A stretch of 64,000 bases of DNA from Candidatus Eiseniibacteriota bacterium (GCA_038231135.1 JBBRLX010000005.1:1-64000), one strand, 5' to 3'. Shown: positions 32,867-43,447, counted from the first letter of the stretch. The notes: a model not told the origin generated them from the letters alone. Numbers and translations: made by a program.

Positions 32867-33946
32867 TCACCTGCGGTGGGCGCGCCACAGCATGATGATG
32901 CCGATCACGCCAAACGCCACATCGCCGATCCACGCCGCCGCGTAGGGCGGCAGGGCCCCCGTGTGGCCGAGCGCCTGGCCGGTGCGCATGAACGCGTAGT
33001 AGACGAACGAGATCGCCACCGACAGGCCGAACGAGACCGCCGCGCTCTGCAGCCTGAGCTGGGTCGCGATCGAGGCGCCGATCATGACCACGATGAAATT
33101 CACCAGCGGGAACGCGAGCTTGAGGTGCAGGTCCACGAGGTACTTCGCCACCGCGCCGCCGCTCGATCGCATGCGCTCCACGAATCGCCGCAGCTCGAAG
33201 AAATTCATCTCGCCCGGATTGCGGTTCTCCTTCGCGAAGTCGTCGGGCTGCTCCTTGAGGCCCGGGACCACCATGCGCTCGAATGGCCGGGCGGTCTCGT
33301 GCTCGCCGTCGAACGTCCGTTCGATGCCCGACGTGAACACCCACTGGCTGCCATTCCAGGTCGCCTCCGTGGCGTCGATGCGGCGGCGCAGCCGGTCGCC
33401 CGCGAACTCCTGCAGCGACACCTCGTGCAGCCGGCGCTCGGTAACCAGGTAGAGCCGTGCGTACCAGATGCTGCCCCCGGCCGCGAGATACGTGAGATCG
33501 GGGCGCTCGGTCACCGATTCGCGGCGGATGCTCTGGATCTGCTCGTCGTAGATGTCGTCACGCTCCCGGTTCGCGACCGGCACCACCAGCTCGCTCAGCG
33601 CCAGCGCGGCGAGCGACGCGACCGCGGCGACCGCCAGCACTGGCGCCAGGATCCGCATCACCGACAGGCCCACGGAGCGCATCGCGGTGAGCTCGCCGAA
33701 CTTGTTGAGCTGGCCGAGCGCGAGAAACGTGGCGAGCAGCAGCGCGACCGGCATCACCTGCACCACCACCTCCGGCGCGCGGTACAGGTAGAACCGCGCC
33801 ACGAGGTCGAGCGAGGCGTGGTGGTCGAGGAACACGTCGATCTTCTCGAAGATGTCGACCACGATGAAGATCACGATGAACCCGGTGAGGCCGAGCACCA
33901 GATAGCCGAGGAATTCGCGGAGCAGGTAGCGGTCGAGCAGCTTCAC
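32867..33946 (-). CDS. lptG: LPS export permease, LptG-like
   Basis: KLLDRYLLREF, GELTAMRSVGLS, KLAFPL, AAWI; GTGA overlap with the upstream paralogue. Confidence 0.85.
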   Translation of the reverse strand: MKLLDRYLLREFLGYLVLGLTGFIVIFIVVDIFEKIDVFLDHHASLDLVARFYLYRAPEVVVQVMPVALLLATFLALGQLNKFGELTAMRSVGLSVMRILAPVLAVAAVASLAALALSELVVPVANRERDDIYDEQIQSIRRESVTERPDLTYLAAGGSIWYARLYLVTERRLHEVSLQEFAGDRLRRRIDATEATWNGSQWVFTSGIERTFDGEHETARPFERMVVPGLKEQPDDFAKENRNPGEMNFFELRRFVERMRSSGGAVAKYLVDLHLKLAFPLVNFIVVMIGASIATQLRLQSAAVSFGLSVAISFVYYAFMRTGQALGHTGALPPYAAAWIGDVAFGVIGIIMLWRAHRR

Positions 33947-35319
33947 GCGGCCGCGCTGAGGGGTGCGGCGACACGGGTCCGCGCCGGCCGCCGGGGCAGG
34001 ATCTCGCATGCCTGCAACGTGGATACCAGTCCCCAGCCGCCGAGCACGATGTTCGCGAGCCACATCGCGAACCACGGCGGCAGCAGCAGCCGGTTCGCCA
34101 GCTCCTCGCCGCCGACCAGGCACAGGTAGTAGAACAGGAAGAACGCGATCGACACGAACGCCACGGCGGGCCCGGCGCGCCGTACGCGCATCCCGAGGGG
34201 CGCCCCGATCAGCACGAACACGATGCACGCGAACGGCAGCGAGAACTTCTTGTGGATCTCCACCGACAGGCCGGCGATGCGCTTCTGCAATTCCTCGCGC
34301 TCGACGCGGAACTGCTCGAGCTCGGCGCTGACCGCGGGCTGGCGCGATGCCTCGACGAGCGGCTCCTCGCGGCCCAGCAGCTTGCGCCACGCGGACGCGA
34401 CCCCGTTGAGCGCCAGGCCGGCCGCGTCCCGGTCGAACGTCTGGGTCTGGAGGCCCAGCTGCCGGAGCCTGAGCCGGTGCATCGCCAGCGTCTGGTCGTA
34501 GTCGTGCCGGATTCGCGACCGCTCGTCGATCAGGGTGCGCGCGCTCATCTCGCGGTCACTGCGGTTCTGGCGCACCGACCGCTCGAGGATCCCGCCGGCG
34601 TTCGCGATGTAAAGTGTATGCTGCCGGAACACCAGCCGCCGGTACTTGCGTCCGCTGGGGTCGTCCTGGGGCACCTCGTGGATCTCGCCGTCCTCCAGCT
34701 GAAGCACCGCGGTGCGTCCGTCAGGGGTGTACGACAGGAACCCGCTGCGGGCCAGGATCGTGGTCGGCGGCCCCCCAGGGTTGAACTGGTAGATGGTGAC
34801 CCCCTTCATCTCGTTCGTCCGGCCGTTCACCGACTGCACCAGCAGGTTATAGCCTGGAAAATCCGTGATGAACGTGCCCTCCTGGAGCTTCACCGTGGGC
34901 CGCATTCTGCCGATGTCGATGAGGAGATTGGCGAATGCGTGGTTGCTCTCGGGGAGGACATAGTTGTTGAACAGGATCAGGCCGGTCGCGACCAGGGCGG
35001 CGGCCGCCAGCGGCCACATCAGGATTCGGCCCAAATTCACCCCGCTGGCCCTCAGGGCGGTGATTTCGTTGTCCTGGGACAGCCGCCCGAACGTCATGAG
35101 CACGGCCACCAGAACCGCGCAGGGCACCGACAGGGCCACGATGTAGCCGAGCGACAGCACGAACAGCTGGGCTACGATCCCGATCGCCACACCCCGGTTC
35201 ACGACCAGGTCCAGGTAGTCGAACAGGACGTCCATTTCAAGAATGAACGTCACGACCCCGAATCCGAGAAGGAATGGAACCAGGTGCAGGCGAAGGATGT
35301 ACCAGTTCAGTATCCGCAT
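33943..35319 (-). CDS. lptF: LPS export permease, LptF-like
   Basis: ILNWYIL, FGRLSQDNEITALRASG, EIHKKFSLPFAC...IGAPLG, MWLAN. Confidence 0.85.
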   Translation of the reverse strand: MRILNWYILRLHLVPFLLGFGVVTFILEMDVLFDYLDLVVNRGVAIGIVAQLFVLSLGYIVALSVPCAVLVAVLMTFGRLSQDNEITALRASGVNLGRILMWPLAAAALVATGLILFNNYVLPESNHAFANLLIDIGRMRPTVKLQEGTFITDFPGYNLLVQSVNGRTNEMKGVTIYQFNPGGPPTTILARSGFLSYTPDGRTAVLQLEDGEIHEVPQDDPSGRKYRRLVFRQHTLYIANAGGILERSVRQNRSDREMSARTLIDERSRIRHDYDQTLAMHRLRLRQLGLQTQTFDRDAAGLALNGVASAWRKLLGREEPLVEASRQPAVSAELEQFRVEREELQKRIAGLSVEIHKKFSLPFACIVFVLIGAPLGMRVRRAGPAVAFVSIAFFLFYYLCLVGGEELANRLLLPPWFAMWLANIVLGGWGLVSTLQACEILPRRPARTRVAAPLSAAA

Positions 35320-35456
35320 GACCGTGCAGCCTACTCCACGTCGCCGGGTCGAAGCGAAAGTATTTGGCCTGTAAGGGCTTTGACCATCAAGACTTGCCCT
35401 GTTAGGGTCCGCGTATCCCTCCCCGCCGCGGGGCCCATCCGCACCTTCGGAACTCC

Positions 35457-38400
35457 ATGCTGAGTCTTTTGAGCGTTCCCGCTCTCGCCCTTTTGATCAG
35501 TCTACCGGGCCTGTCGGGGTTCCATTTTCCAGGGTTCCGGGTCAAATCCCGGTCGGTGGCGGTCCAGGATTCCATCCCGCCCACCTGGAAGACGGCATCC
35601 CTGCTGGCGCTGCGGGACGACTTCGTGTTCGGGGACGTGGGGCTGATCCTCCGGCAGGCCGAGGGCACGGGACGGATCGGTTTCACCAGCGACGAGCGCC
35701 GCTTCCTGATCGCGGTCGACCCGGATTCCGGTGAGGTCACGGTGCTGCCCCAGCTCGGCGAGGTGGCGATCGGCGCCGGCACCCGCGAGGGTCTGACCGA
35801 GTACTCGCACGAAATGCTCCGCGCGACGTTTCGCAAGCAATGGGCCGAACGGTCGCGCTCGAACATCAATTCGCTGGGTTCCAACACCCCCGCCAGCTCC
35901 GCCCCGACCACCGGACTGACCTTTCAGCTCCCCGGGCTGCTGCCGAAGAGCGTGCAGAGCCTGCTCGGCCCCGGCAGTCCGGCGCTCAACGTGTCCGGCT
36001 CTGAGAACATCCGGCTGTCGGGGGAGAGCAACTGGACGAACCAGCAGACCGGCCCGCTCGGCCAGAAGCGCTCGCTGTTCCCGTCCCTCGACATGCAGCA
36101 GGACTTGAACATCCAGCTCGAGGGCCAGCTGTCCGACCGCATCCGGGTGAACCTGCTGCAGAACTCGCTCAACCAGATCCCGCTCGCGAACCGCATCGCG
36201 ATCAACTACAAGGGCGAAGAGGACGACCTGATCCAGCAGCTCGATCTCGGCAACACCGAGCTGAGCCTGCCGGGCACGCAGTACGTGTCCTACAGCGGGC
36301 GCAACGAGGGACTGTTCGGCGCCAAGGCGTCGAGCCGGTTTGGGCCGCTCGACATGACGGTGCTCGCGACCAAGCAGGAGGGCCGGAGCGAGCGGGCGTC
36401 CTACACCGGCGGTGCGTCGCGCCAGCAGTACACGATCTACTCACATGAGTACGTGAGGGGCGTGTACTTCTTCCTCTACGATCCCAACTTCGAGACGCTC
36501 GACATCCAGGATGCCTCGATCAAGGTGTACCGCGACGACGGCAACTACAACACCACCGACATCACGGTGCGCGGGCGGGCGTTCGTCGATCCGCGCACCT
36601 ACAGCGCGCCCAACCCGGCCGCCGTCGGCGACTCGTCCGCCGCGGGCCAGTCGCTGCACGGCAACTTCCGCCAGCTGCTGCAGGGCGCGGATCAGGACTA
36701 CGAGGTGCTCCAGAGCTTCTACGGCCCGCGCTACAAGGTCCTCAAGATGAAACAGCCGCTGAACTACGATCAGCGGCTCGCGGTGACCTACACAGCGGGA
36801 CACTTCAACGGGCTGGCCGCGGTCGGCGACTACCAGCCGTTCGGCGGCGATACCATCGCGGCGTCGGACGGCGGCCGCGAGCTGCGCATGCGGTTGATCC
36901 GCGCACCGCTCAGCAGCCTCGCGCGCGACGACCGCGGCAACTTCGCCGATTCAGTCGGATTCACGAACGTGCGCCACCTCGAGCTGGCGAATTTCTATCA
37001 GCTCCCGGGTCAGCGCATCGACGCATCCACGTTCAAGCTGCAGATCGAGCGCGGCGATGACGTGCCGGCCAAGACGTTCGTGAACGGGCCGGCCGGCGTC
37101 GCGGTCCCGTACCTCGAGGTGCTCGGCCTCGACAACTACGACGAAACGAACGGCACGCCGGTGCTGGGCCACGACAACAAGGTCGACGGCACCGCGGTGA
37201 CGAACACGACGTTCGGGCAGCCGGTGCTGTGGCTCGACGTGGACACCGGCGTGCTGCACTTCTTCGAGCCGCGGCCGTTCGCGCCGCGCCTGCACGCGCC
37301 GTTCTATTTCGACTCGGCCGCGGCCTCGGTGCTGAACCGCCGGTCGGTGCTCGACGGCGACACGTCCCAGCCGCCTGTGGACGAGCGTGCCCCGAACCCG
37401 ATCATCTACGACCGTTACAACCCGGAACGCCAGGACGACAACTACCGGCTGCTCGTTGATTTCACGGCCCAGAGCGCGGCGGGCGACATCCAGCTCGGGC
37501 GTGGCAACATCCTCCAGGGCTCGGAGGTGGTGACCGTGAACGGCCGTCCGTGGCTGCGCGACGTGGACTACAGCGTGGACTACGACCTGGGGCGCGTCAC
37601 GCTCAAGAAGCAGCTCGGGCCGGCGGACAACCTGAACATCGACTACTCGTACGCGCCGTTGTTCCAGCAGGCCGGCCGTACGCTGATCGGCAGCGCGTTC
37701 CAGCTGGACGGGGGCAACAAGAGTCTCGGCGGCGCATTCATGTACGAGAGCCGCGGCGCCCAGGATCTGCGGCCGCGCCTCGGCGAGGAGCCGTCGCGCA
37801 GCCTGATCGGCGACCTCAACGGCAAGTGGGCGTTCACTCCCGACTGGATGACCCGGCTCGCGGACCGCCTGCCGGGAGTTCGGACCACGACGCCGTCCGA
37901 GTTCGACATCGAAGGCGAGGCGGGCGCGTCGCTGCCGAATCCGAACACCCGCAACGAGGTGTTCATCGACGACATGGAAGGCGTGCGCGACGCCGTGTCG
38001 CTGACGATGGGCGCCGAGCGGTGGAAATGGTCCAGCGAGCCGACCCGCAAGGATACCTCCGGCGTGCTGACGCCGTATGACGACCTGGCGCGTTACCACA
38101 ACGCCGAGGTCCACTGGTACTCGCCGTTTGCGGTGGTCAAGGAGCGCGACCTCAAGCCGTCGCTGACCGACGCCGAGGGCGCCCAGAACAACCGCCAGGT
38201 GCTCGCGATCTCGGTGCCGCGACGGCCGCGCAGCGAGGATCCCACGCCGCCGCCGGGGGATCCGATTCCGGGCGACTCGCTGTGGGTCGGGCTGACCTAT
38301 CCGCTCGACCCGTCCGGCATCGACCTGTCGAAATCGCAGTTCATCGAGCTGTGGGTCAACGACTTCAACGACGAGCACACCGGCGTGCCGGAGCCGCGGG

Positions 38401-41400
38401 TGCGGGGCCATCACCTCAAGCTGCACGTGGATCTCGGCGCGGTGAGCGAGGACCAGCAGCGCGCCCCCGACGAGCCGCCGAACGGGCAGCTCGACAGCGA
38501 GGACAAACTCCCGCGCGACAACCAGCTGGTGGTGACCGACGCGAACAACGAGGACACGGGCTACGACGGCCGGCTGGACGCGGAGGAGCGCGATTCGCTC
38601 AAGACGCCGCGTGACCTCACCACGGCCACCCCCGAAGACCCCGAGGGCGACGACTTCTCGCGGCCGGTGGACGGGCTCGACGAGATCGACCCCCGGAGGT
38701 TCCGGGGCACGAACGGCACCGAAGGCAGCAAGGTGATCTTTCCGTACCCCGACACCGAGGACCTGAATCTCAACAACGCGATCGACCGCAACGAGAACTA
38801 TTTCGAGTACACGATCGATCTCGGCGATCCGATCCAGCCGTACCTCATCACCGACGTTCAGCGCGACTTCGGGGCGCGGTATCCCGCCACCGTCCATTCC
38901 GACAACGGCTGGCGGCGGTATCGCATCCCGATCACGGACGCGAACCGGGCGGTGTTCGGCACCCCCGACCTGGTGAACACCCGCCAGATGCGCGTGTGGC
39001 TCGACGGCATCCGGGTCACCGACGACACCACCGCCACGGCCAAGACGATCCGTCCGCTGCTGATGCTCGGCAGCATCGACATCGTGGGCAGCCGGTGGCG
39101 CGCGGAGACGCTGAGCGACTCGCTGCTCAACGAAGGCTCGACGGTGACGCTCAATTCCGTGAACACGGTCGACAACGCCGATATCTACAAGGCGCCGTTC
39201 AACCCCGGCCAGACCCGCAGCGGCAACCAGGCGGTGGCGCTGCGCGAACAGTCGCTGGCGCTGGAATTCACGCGGCTGCAGCCCGGCATGACGCTCGAGG
39301 CATTCAAGTCGCTGTCGCTCGAGGAGGACTACACGCGGTACCGCGAGCTCAACTGGTATGCCGCGGGCTTCGGCATCGACGACTACGACGCGGCCACCGA
39401 CACCTCGCTCAAGTACTTCGTGCGGTTCGCCTCGGACGAGGTGGGTCACAGCTACTACGAATACCGGGCGCCGCTGCCCAAGTCCTCGCATCCGGATACG
39501 ATCTTCTGGAAGCAGGTACTGCTCAAGATCACCGACCTGTCGAACCTGAAGCTCACCGTGAATCCGGGCTCCGGAATCGACACGATCCTCGCCGCCGGCT
39601 TCGCACCGGGGGAGGAGTTGCGGGTGGTCGGGTTCCCGTCGTTCACCCGGCTCCACCGCATCTCGTTCGGTCTGGTCAACACCGGGCCGCGCGAGTACCG
39701 GGAAGGCCAGTTGTGGTTCGACGAACTGGTGTCGACGGACGTCGAGAAGACTCCGGGCATCGCGGGGCGCCTGCTCGTGAACGGCAAGCTCGCGAATCTC
39801 ATGACCTACAGCGCGAGCTACAACACCCGCGACGCGAACTTCGTCAGCGTCGGGGAGACCCGCGGTCAGGGCACGACCAACAACCAGTTCGCGTTCAACA
39901 CCTCGATCGACACCCACCGGTTCTTCGAGGGCACCGGCATCGTGCTGCCGGTGTCGTACGGCTATTCCAACAACACCTCGAAGCCGCGGTTCACCGCGGG
40001 CGATGACATCGTGCGGTCCGGCGCCTACGCCGCCGCGAGCCAGTCGCGATCGGACAACACCAACTGGTCCGTGAACTACTCGCGCACCTGGAGCGAGCGC
40101 TCGAATCCGCTGCTGCTGTACACGATCGGCGGCATCACCGGCGGATTCAACCAGCAGACCAGCCACACCATCACGCCGAGTTCTGTGGACACTTCGACCT
40201 CGTTCAACAGCTTCGTGAACTACCGCCAGTCGTTCCGCAGGCTGCTCGCGATCCCGATCCCGGGGCTCAATCACGTGAAGTTCTTCCCGCTGCCCGACCA
40301 GGTGACGTGGTCGTTCAATCAATCCAGCCGCGAGTCGCGGACCTACGACCGGTTGCGGGACTCGACGGCGAGCCTCGTGCAGCGCAACGCCACGCACGGC
40401 AACGCGGCGGCGCTGTCGTTCGGCGCCGACGTGCGGCCGTTCGACATGTTCACCTACCACATCGACGGGCTGCGCAACCTGACGCTCGACGACGCCGTCA
40501 GCGAGCACCTGGGCAGGATCAACATCGGCCGCGTCGTCAACTTCCGGCAGAACACCAACCTCACCTACGCGCTGACCCGCGGCGCGTTCCTGCGCCCGTC
40601 GTTCGGGCTCGCGACCAACTACATCCAGGACAACGGTCCGCAGATCTCCTCGGACCTGAACGTGCGGCAGGTGACGAGCGGCCAGTCGTACAACGTGCGC
40701 TGGGAGCTGCCGTTCGAGACCCTCACCGCGCGGGCGCCGGTCGCGGTGCGCGATTCCTCGGGCCACACGAAGAGCGAGCTGCCGTGGCGGCTGTGGCTGT
40801 CGCGGCTCGGCAACGTCTCCGCCGAAGGGTCGTACAACAAGTCGTCCAGCTATTCGCGGATCTTCGGCACCCCGGACTTCTTCTACCTGTTCGGGTTCGC
40901 CGACAACCCCGCGCTGGGTCGCCACACCTCGGAGGCCTACGGCGACCAGATCGGCAAGAACTCCGACTGGCGGCTCGCGGGACGCACGCGGTTCAACCTG
41001 GGCCTCGGCACGTTCGTGACGACCCAGGTCGAATTCACGTCGCGCATCGGGGAGAACAATGGCGTGACGCAGCGCAACGACAGTTCGCGCTATCCCGACC
41101 TGTCGTTCGAATACGGCAAGCTCGTGAACGTGCTGCGGCTCGACAAGTTCCTCGTCAATCCGCAGTTGCGCACCGCCTACAATCGCAACACCCAGACCCT
41201 GTTCCAGAACGACGCGGTCACCCCGACAAACGTTTCGACCGCGAGCCAGTGGCAGCCGCTGCTGGGGCTGCGGGGCGCGCTCAAGAACGGCTCCAACCTC
41301 GAGCTGAGCATCGAGCGCCGCAACACGCAGCGCGAGAATTTCCAGCTCGGCCACTCGATCACGAACGACCGGCAGACCACCGTGAACTTCAGCCTCAATC

Positions 41401-41717
41401 GCTCGTACACGCAGGGCCAGAAGTTGAGCCTGCTCGGCAAGACCTCGACGGTGCGCAGCTCGATCAACATGGGAGTGTCGGCCACCTACGACAAGCGCAG
41501 CGGTGAGACGACGATCTTCGGCAGCGCGGATCAAACCGGCGGCGTGCGGAACCCGACGAGCAACGATCGCCTGAGCGTCCAGGGCAACGGGTCCTACGGC
41601 TTCAGCAACAACGTCACCGGCACCGCCACGCTCGGGTTCTCGCAGGACCGCGACCTGCAGCGGGCGATCGTGCGCCGCAGCATCCGCGTCGAGATGCGCG
41701 GATCGTTCACGTTCTGA
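35457..41717 (+). CDS. sprA: SprA/Sov-like large outer-membrane beta-barrel (T9SS translocon homologue)
   Basis: 2086 aa; DMQQDLNIQLEG, NYKGEEDDLIQQLDLGN..LSLP, GLFGAK, PDTEDLN.N..D..ENYFEY.I, GWRRYRIP; beta-rich C-terminus ending in Phe. Confidence 0.82.
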   Translation: MLSLLSVPALALLISLPGLSGFHFPGFRVKSRSVAVQDSIPPTWKTASLLALRDDFVFGDVGLILRQAEGTGRIGFTSDERRFLIAVDPDSGEVTVLPQLGEVAIGAGTREGLTEYSHEMLRATFRKQWAERSRSNINSLGSNTPASSAPTTGLTFQLPGLLPKSVQSLLGPGSPALNVSGSENIRLSGESNWTNQQTGPLGQKRSLFPSLDMQQDLNIQLEGQLSDRIRVNLLQNSLNQIPLANRIAINYKGEEDDLIQQLDLGNTELSLPGTQYVSYSGRNEGLFGAKASSRFGPLDMTVLATKQEGRSERASYTGGASRQQYTIYSHEYVRGVYFFLYDPNFETLDIQDASIKVYRDDGNYNTTDITVRGRAFVDPRTYSAPNPAAVGDSSAAGQSLHGNFRQLLQGADQDYEVLQSFYGPRYKVLKMKQPLNYDQRLAVTYTAGHFNGLAAVGDYQPFGGDTIAASDGGRELRMRLIRAPLSSLARDDRGNFADSVGFTNVRHLELANFYQLPGQRIDASTFKLQIERGDDVPAKTFVNGPAGVAVPYLEVLGLDNYDETNGTPVLGHDNKVDGTAVTNTTFGQPVLWLDVDTGVLHFFEPRPFAPRLHAPFYFDSAAASVLNRRSVLDGDTSQPPVDERAPNPIIYDRYNPERQDDNYRLLVDFTAQSAAGDIQLGRGNILQGSEVVTVNGRPWLRDVDYSVDYDLGRVTLKKQLGPADNLNIDYSYAPLFQQAGRTLIGSAFQLDGGNKSLGGAFMYESRGAQDLRPRLGEEPSRSLIGDLNGKWAFTPDWMTRLADRLPGVRTTTPSEFDIEGEAGASLPNPNTRNEVFIDDMEGVRDAVSLTMGAERWKWSSEPTRKDTSGVLTPYDDLARYHNAEVHWYSPFAVVKERDLKPSLTDAEGAQNNRQVLAISVPRRPRSEDPTPPPGDPIPGDSLWVGLTYPLDPSGIDLSKSQFIELWVNDFNDEHTGVPEPRVRGHHLKLHVDLGAVSEDQQRAPDEPPNGQLDSEDKLPRDNQLVVTDANNEDTGYDGRLDAEERDSLKTPRDLTTATPEDPEGDDFSRPVDGLDEIDPRRFRGTNGTEGSKVIFPYPDTEDLNLNNAIDRNENYFEYTIDLGDPIQPYLITDVQRDFGARYPATVHSDNGWRRYRIPITDANRAVFGTPDLVNTRQMRVWLDGIRVTDDTTATAKTIRPLLMLGSIDIVGSRWRAETLSDSLLNEGSTVTLNSVNTVDNADIYKAPFNPGQTRSGNQAVALREQSLALEFTRLQPGMTLEAFKSLSLEEDYTRYRELNWYAAGFGIDDYDAATDTSLKYFVRFASDEVGHSYYEYRAPLPKSSHPDTIFWKQVLLKITDLSNLKLTVNPGSGIDTILAAGFAPGEELRVVGFPSFTRLHRISFGLVNTGPREYREGQLWFDELVSTDVEKTPGIAGRLLVNGKLANLMTYSASYNTRDANFVSVGETRGQGTTNNQFAFNTSIDTHRFFEGTGIVLPVSYGYSNNTSKPRFTAGDDIVRSGAYAAASQSRSDNTNWSVNYSRTWSERSNPLLLYTIGGITGGFNQQTSHTITPSSVDTSTSFNSFVNYRQSFRRLLAIPIPGLNHVKFFPLPDQVTWSFNQSSRESRTYDRLRDSTASLVQRNATHGNAAALSFGADVRPFDMFTYHIDGLRNLTLDDAVSEHLGRINIGRVVNFRQNTNLTYALTRGAFLRPSFGLATNYIQDNGPQISSDLNVRQVTSGQSYNVRWELPFETLTARAPVAVRDSSGHTKSELPWRLWLSRLGNVSAEGSYNKSSSYSRIFGTPDFFYLFGFADNPALGRHTSEAYGDQIGKNSDWRLAGRTRFNLGLGTFVTTQVEFTSRIGENNGVTQRNDSSRYPDLSFEYGKLVNVLRLDKFLVNPQLRTAYNRNTQTLFQNDAVTPTNVSTASQWQPLLGLRGALKNGSNLELSIERRNTQRENFQLGHSITNDRQTTVNFSLNRSYTQGQKLSLLGKTSTVRSSINMGVSATYDKRSGETTIFGSADQTGGVRNPTSNDRLSVQGNGSYGFSNNVTGTATLGFSQDRDLQRAIVRRSIRVEMRGSFTF

Positions 41718-41724
41718 GGTACGC

Positions 41725-42696
41725 ATGATCGCGTCCGCCGCCGCACCGGTCTCGCGCCACGCCACCACGGGCAGCCGCGCCGCGGCCGTCCGCCGCATGG
41801 CGGCCGCGGCCGTCGCCTTCGCGGTCCTGGCGACGCTGCTCGCGGGCTGCGGTCCCACGTTCCCGGTGGACGGCGCGCGCATGCAGCAGCGCGTGGTCCG
41901 GCAGGTGGCGGCGGGCCCGCGCATCCCCGGCACGCCCGGCCACGCCGCGATCGAAGCGTGGATCGCGAGCGAGCTGACGCGGCTCGGCGCGCGCATCGAA
42001 CATCAAGCGTTCGTGGACTCCTCGCTGGGCGCGCCGATGCGGCTCGTGAACCTGGTCGGGCGCTACGGCCCCGTGGGCGGCCGGCAGATCCTGCTGCTCG
42101 CGCACTGGGACTCGCGCCCGATGTCGGACCAGGATCCCGACCTCGCGCACAAAACGGACCCGGTGCCGGGCGCCAACGATGGCGGCTCCGGCGTCGCGGT
42201 GCTGCTCGAGGTGGCGGAGCTGCTTCACCAGCGGGCGCCGGCGGTCGGCGTGGCGCTGGCGTTCGTCGACGGCGAGGACCAGGGCGAGGCGACGCGCTCG
42301 GACCAGTTCTGCTTCGGCGCCCGCGAGCTGGCCCGCCGGCTGCCACCCGGGTCCGTCACGGCGGCATTCCTGTTCGACATGGTGGGCGACCGGGACCTCG
42401 AGATCCATCCCGAGGTGACTTCCGCGCGCCGCGCGGCGAACCTCGTCGAGCTGGTGAACGATGCCGCGCGGGCGACCGGCGGGCGGCACTTCCGGCCGGG
42501 GCCGCGCTGGGAGCTGACCGACGACCATGTTCCCCTGCTCGACGCCGGCATCCCCGCCGTGGACATTATCGACTTCGACTACCCCGCCTGGCACACCCAC
42601 CGGGACTTACCGGACCAGACGGCGCCCGAGAGCCTGGCCGAGGTGGCCCGGGTCGCCGCGTGGCTGGTGTACCAGAGCCCGCTCGCCAAGCCCTGA
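41725..42696 (+). CDS. M28 family lipoprotein, glutaminyl cyclase-like
   Basis: Lipobox LAGC; LLAHWDSRP, GANDGGSGVAVLLE, DGED, DMVG, DDH, WHT. Confidence 0.85.
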   Translation: MIASAAAPVSRHATTGSRAAAVRRMAAAAVAFAVLATLLAGCGPTFPVDGARMQQRVVRQVAAGPRIPGTPGHAAIEAWIASELTRLGARIEHQAFVDSSLGAPMRLVNLVGRYGPVGGRQILLLAHWDSRPMSDQDPDLAHKTDPVPGANDGGSGVAVLLEVAELLHQRAPAVGVALAFVDGEDQGEATRSDQFCFGARELARRLPPGSVTAAFLFDMVGDRDLEIHPEVTSARRAANLVELVNDAARATGGRHFRPGPRWELTDDHVPLLDAGIPAVDIIDFDYPAWHTHRDLPDQTAPESLAEVARVAAWLVYQSPLAKP

Positions 42697-42889
42697 CGAT
42701 TCGGGGACGCCGCCGCTTGACGGATGGCGTATGTTGTTCGGGAGATGGAACTCGCGGTGGGACGGCAGCTGCCCGCCGATGCGCCGACCGAGGCGCCCGA
42801 ACGAACTGATTTCCCGTGGCCCGCGTGCTCCTGCGCTGGGTCAGATGCAGCTTGCCCGGCGGTGAAATCTTAATGTAGTGTGCCGTTCA

Positions 42890-42923
42890 GGAGTGGGGCA
42901 GGTGCGACCACTCCCTTTTGTTT
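42890..42923 (+). promoter_or_regulatory. rimP leader hairpin/attenuator
   Basis: GGAGTGG...CCACTCC followed by CTTTTGTTT just upstream of rimP; candidate promoter TTGCCC-N18-TAGTGT precedes it. Confidence 0.65.
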
Positions 42924-42940
42924 CCCGATCCGGAGTCAAA

Positions 42941-43447
42941 TTGGAAGTCCGAGAAGAGGTTCGACGGCTGGCGCTCCCCCTCGCGGAGGAGTCCGGCTAC
43001 GAGCTGGTGGACGTCGAGCATGCGTTTCTGGGGCGGCATCGCATCCTCCGGGTGCTGCTCGACAAGCCGGGCGGCATCACGGTCGGTGACTGCGCCCGGT
43101 TCAGCCGCCGGTTGGCGGACTGTCTCGATATGAACCAGGTGATGGCGGCCAGCTACCAGCTCGAGGTGAGCTCGCCCGGCATCGAACGTCCGCTCCGGAC
43201 GCTCGAATCCGTGGCGAGGTTCGCGGGGCAGACGGCCTCGTTGACGACGCACGAAGCACGGGACGGACGCCGGAACTGGGATGGGGTGCTGCTCGAGCCG
43301 CAGGCGGAGCGGGTGGGAATCCGCCTCGAGGACGGCAGCGAATGCTGGTTCGATTGGGCCGAGGTGAAGGCCGCCCGGCTGGTGATGCCGGACCCATGGG
43401 GGCACGGGGCCCCTAGGCCCGGAGCAAAGCGGGGAGGAGCGCGATGA
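42941..43447 (+). CDS. rimP: Ribosome maturation factor RimP
   Basis: GYELVDVE, LDKPGGITVGDC, YQLEVSSPGIERPL; TTG start with GGAG RBS. Confidence 0.95.
   Translation: MEVREEVRRLALPLAEESGYELVDVEHAFLGRHRILRVLLDKPGGITVGDCARFSRRLADCLDMNQVMAASYQLEVSSPGIERPLRTLESVARFAGQTASLTTHEARDGRRNWDGVLLEPQAERVGIRLEDGSECWFDWAEVKAARLVMPDPWGHGAPRPGAKRGGAR

Noticed and set aside
36951..41996. 1681-aa antisense ORF, and similar long ORFs at 29344..32232, 44726..47410, 50255..52522 and 5708..7897
   Set aside because: Shadow frames opposite well-supported genes; stop codons are rare in GC-rich DNA and the translations have no recognisable motifs
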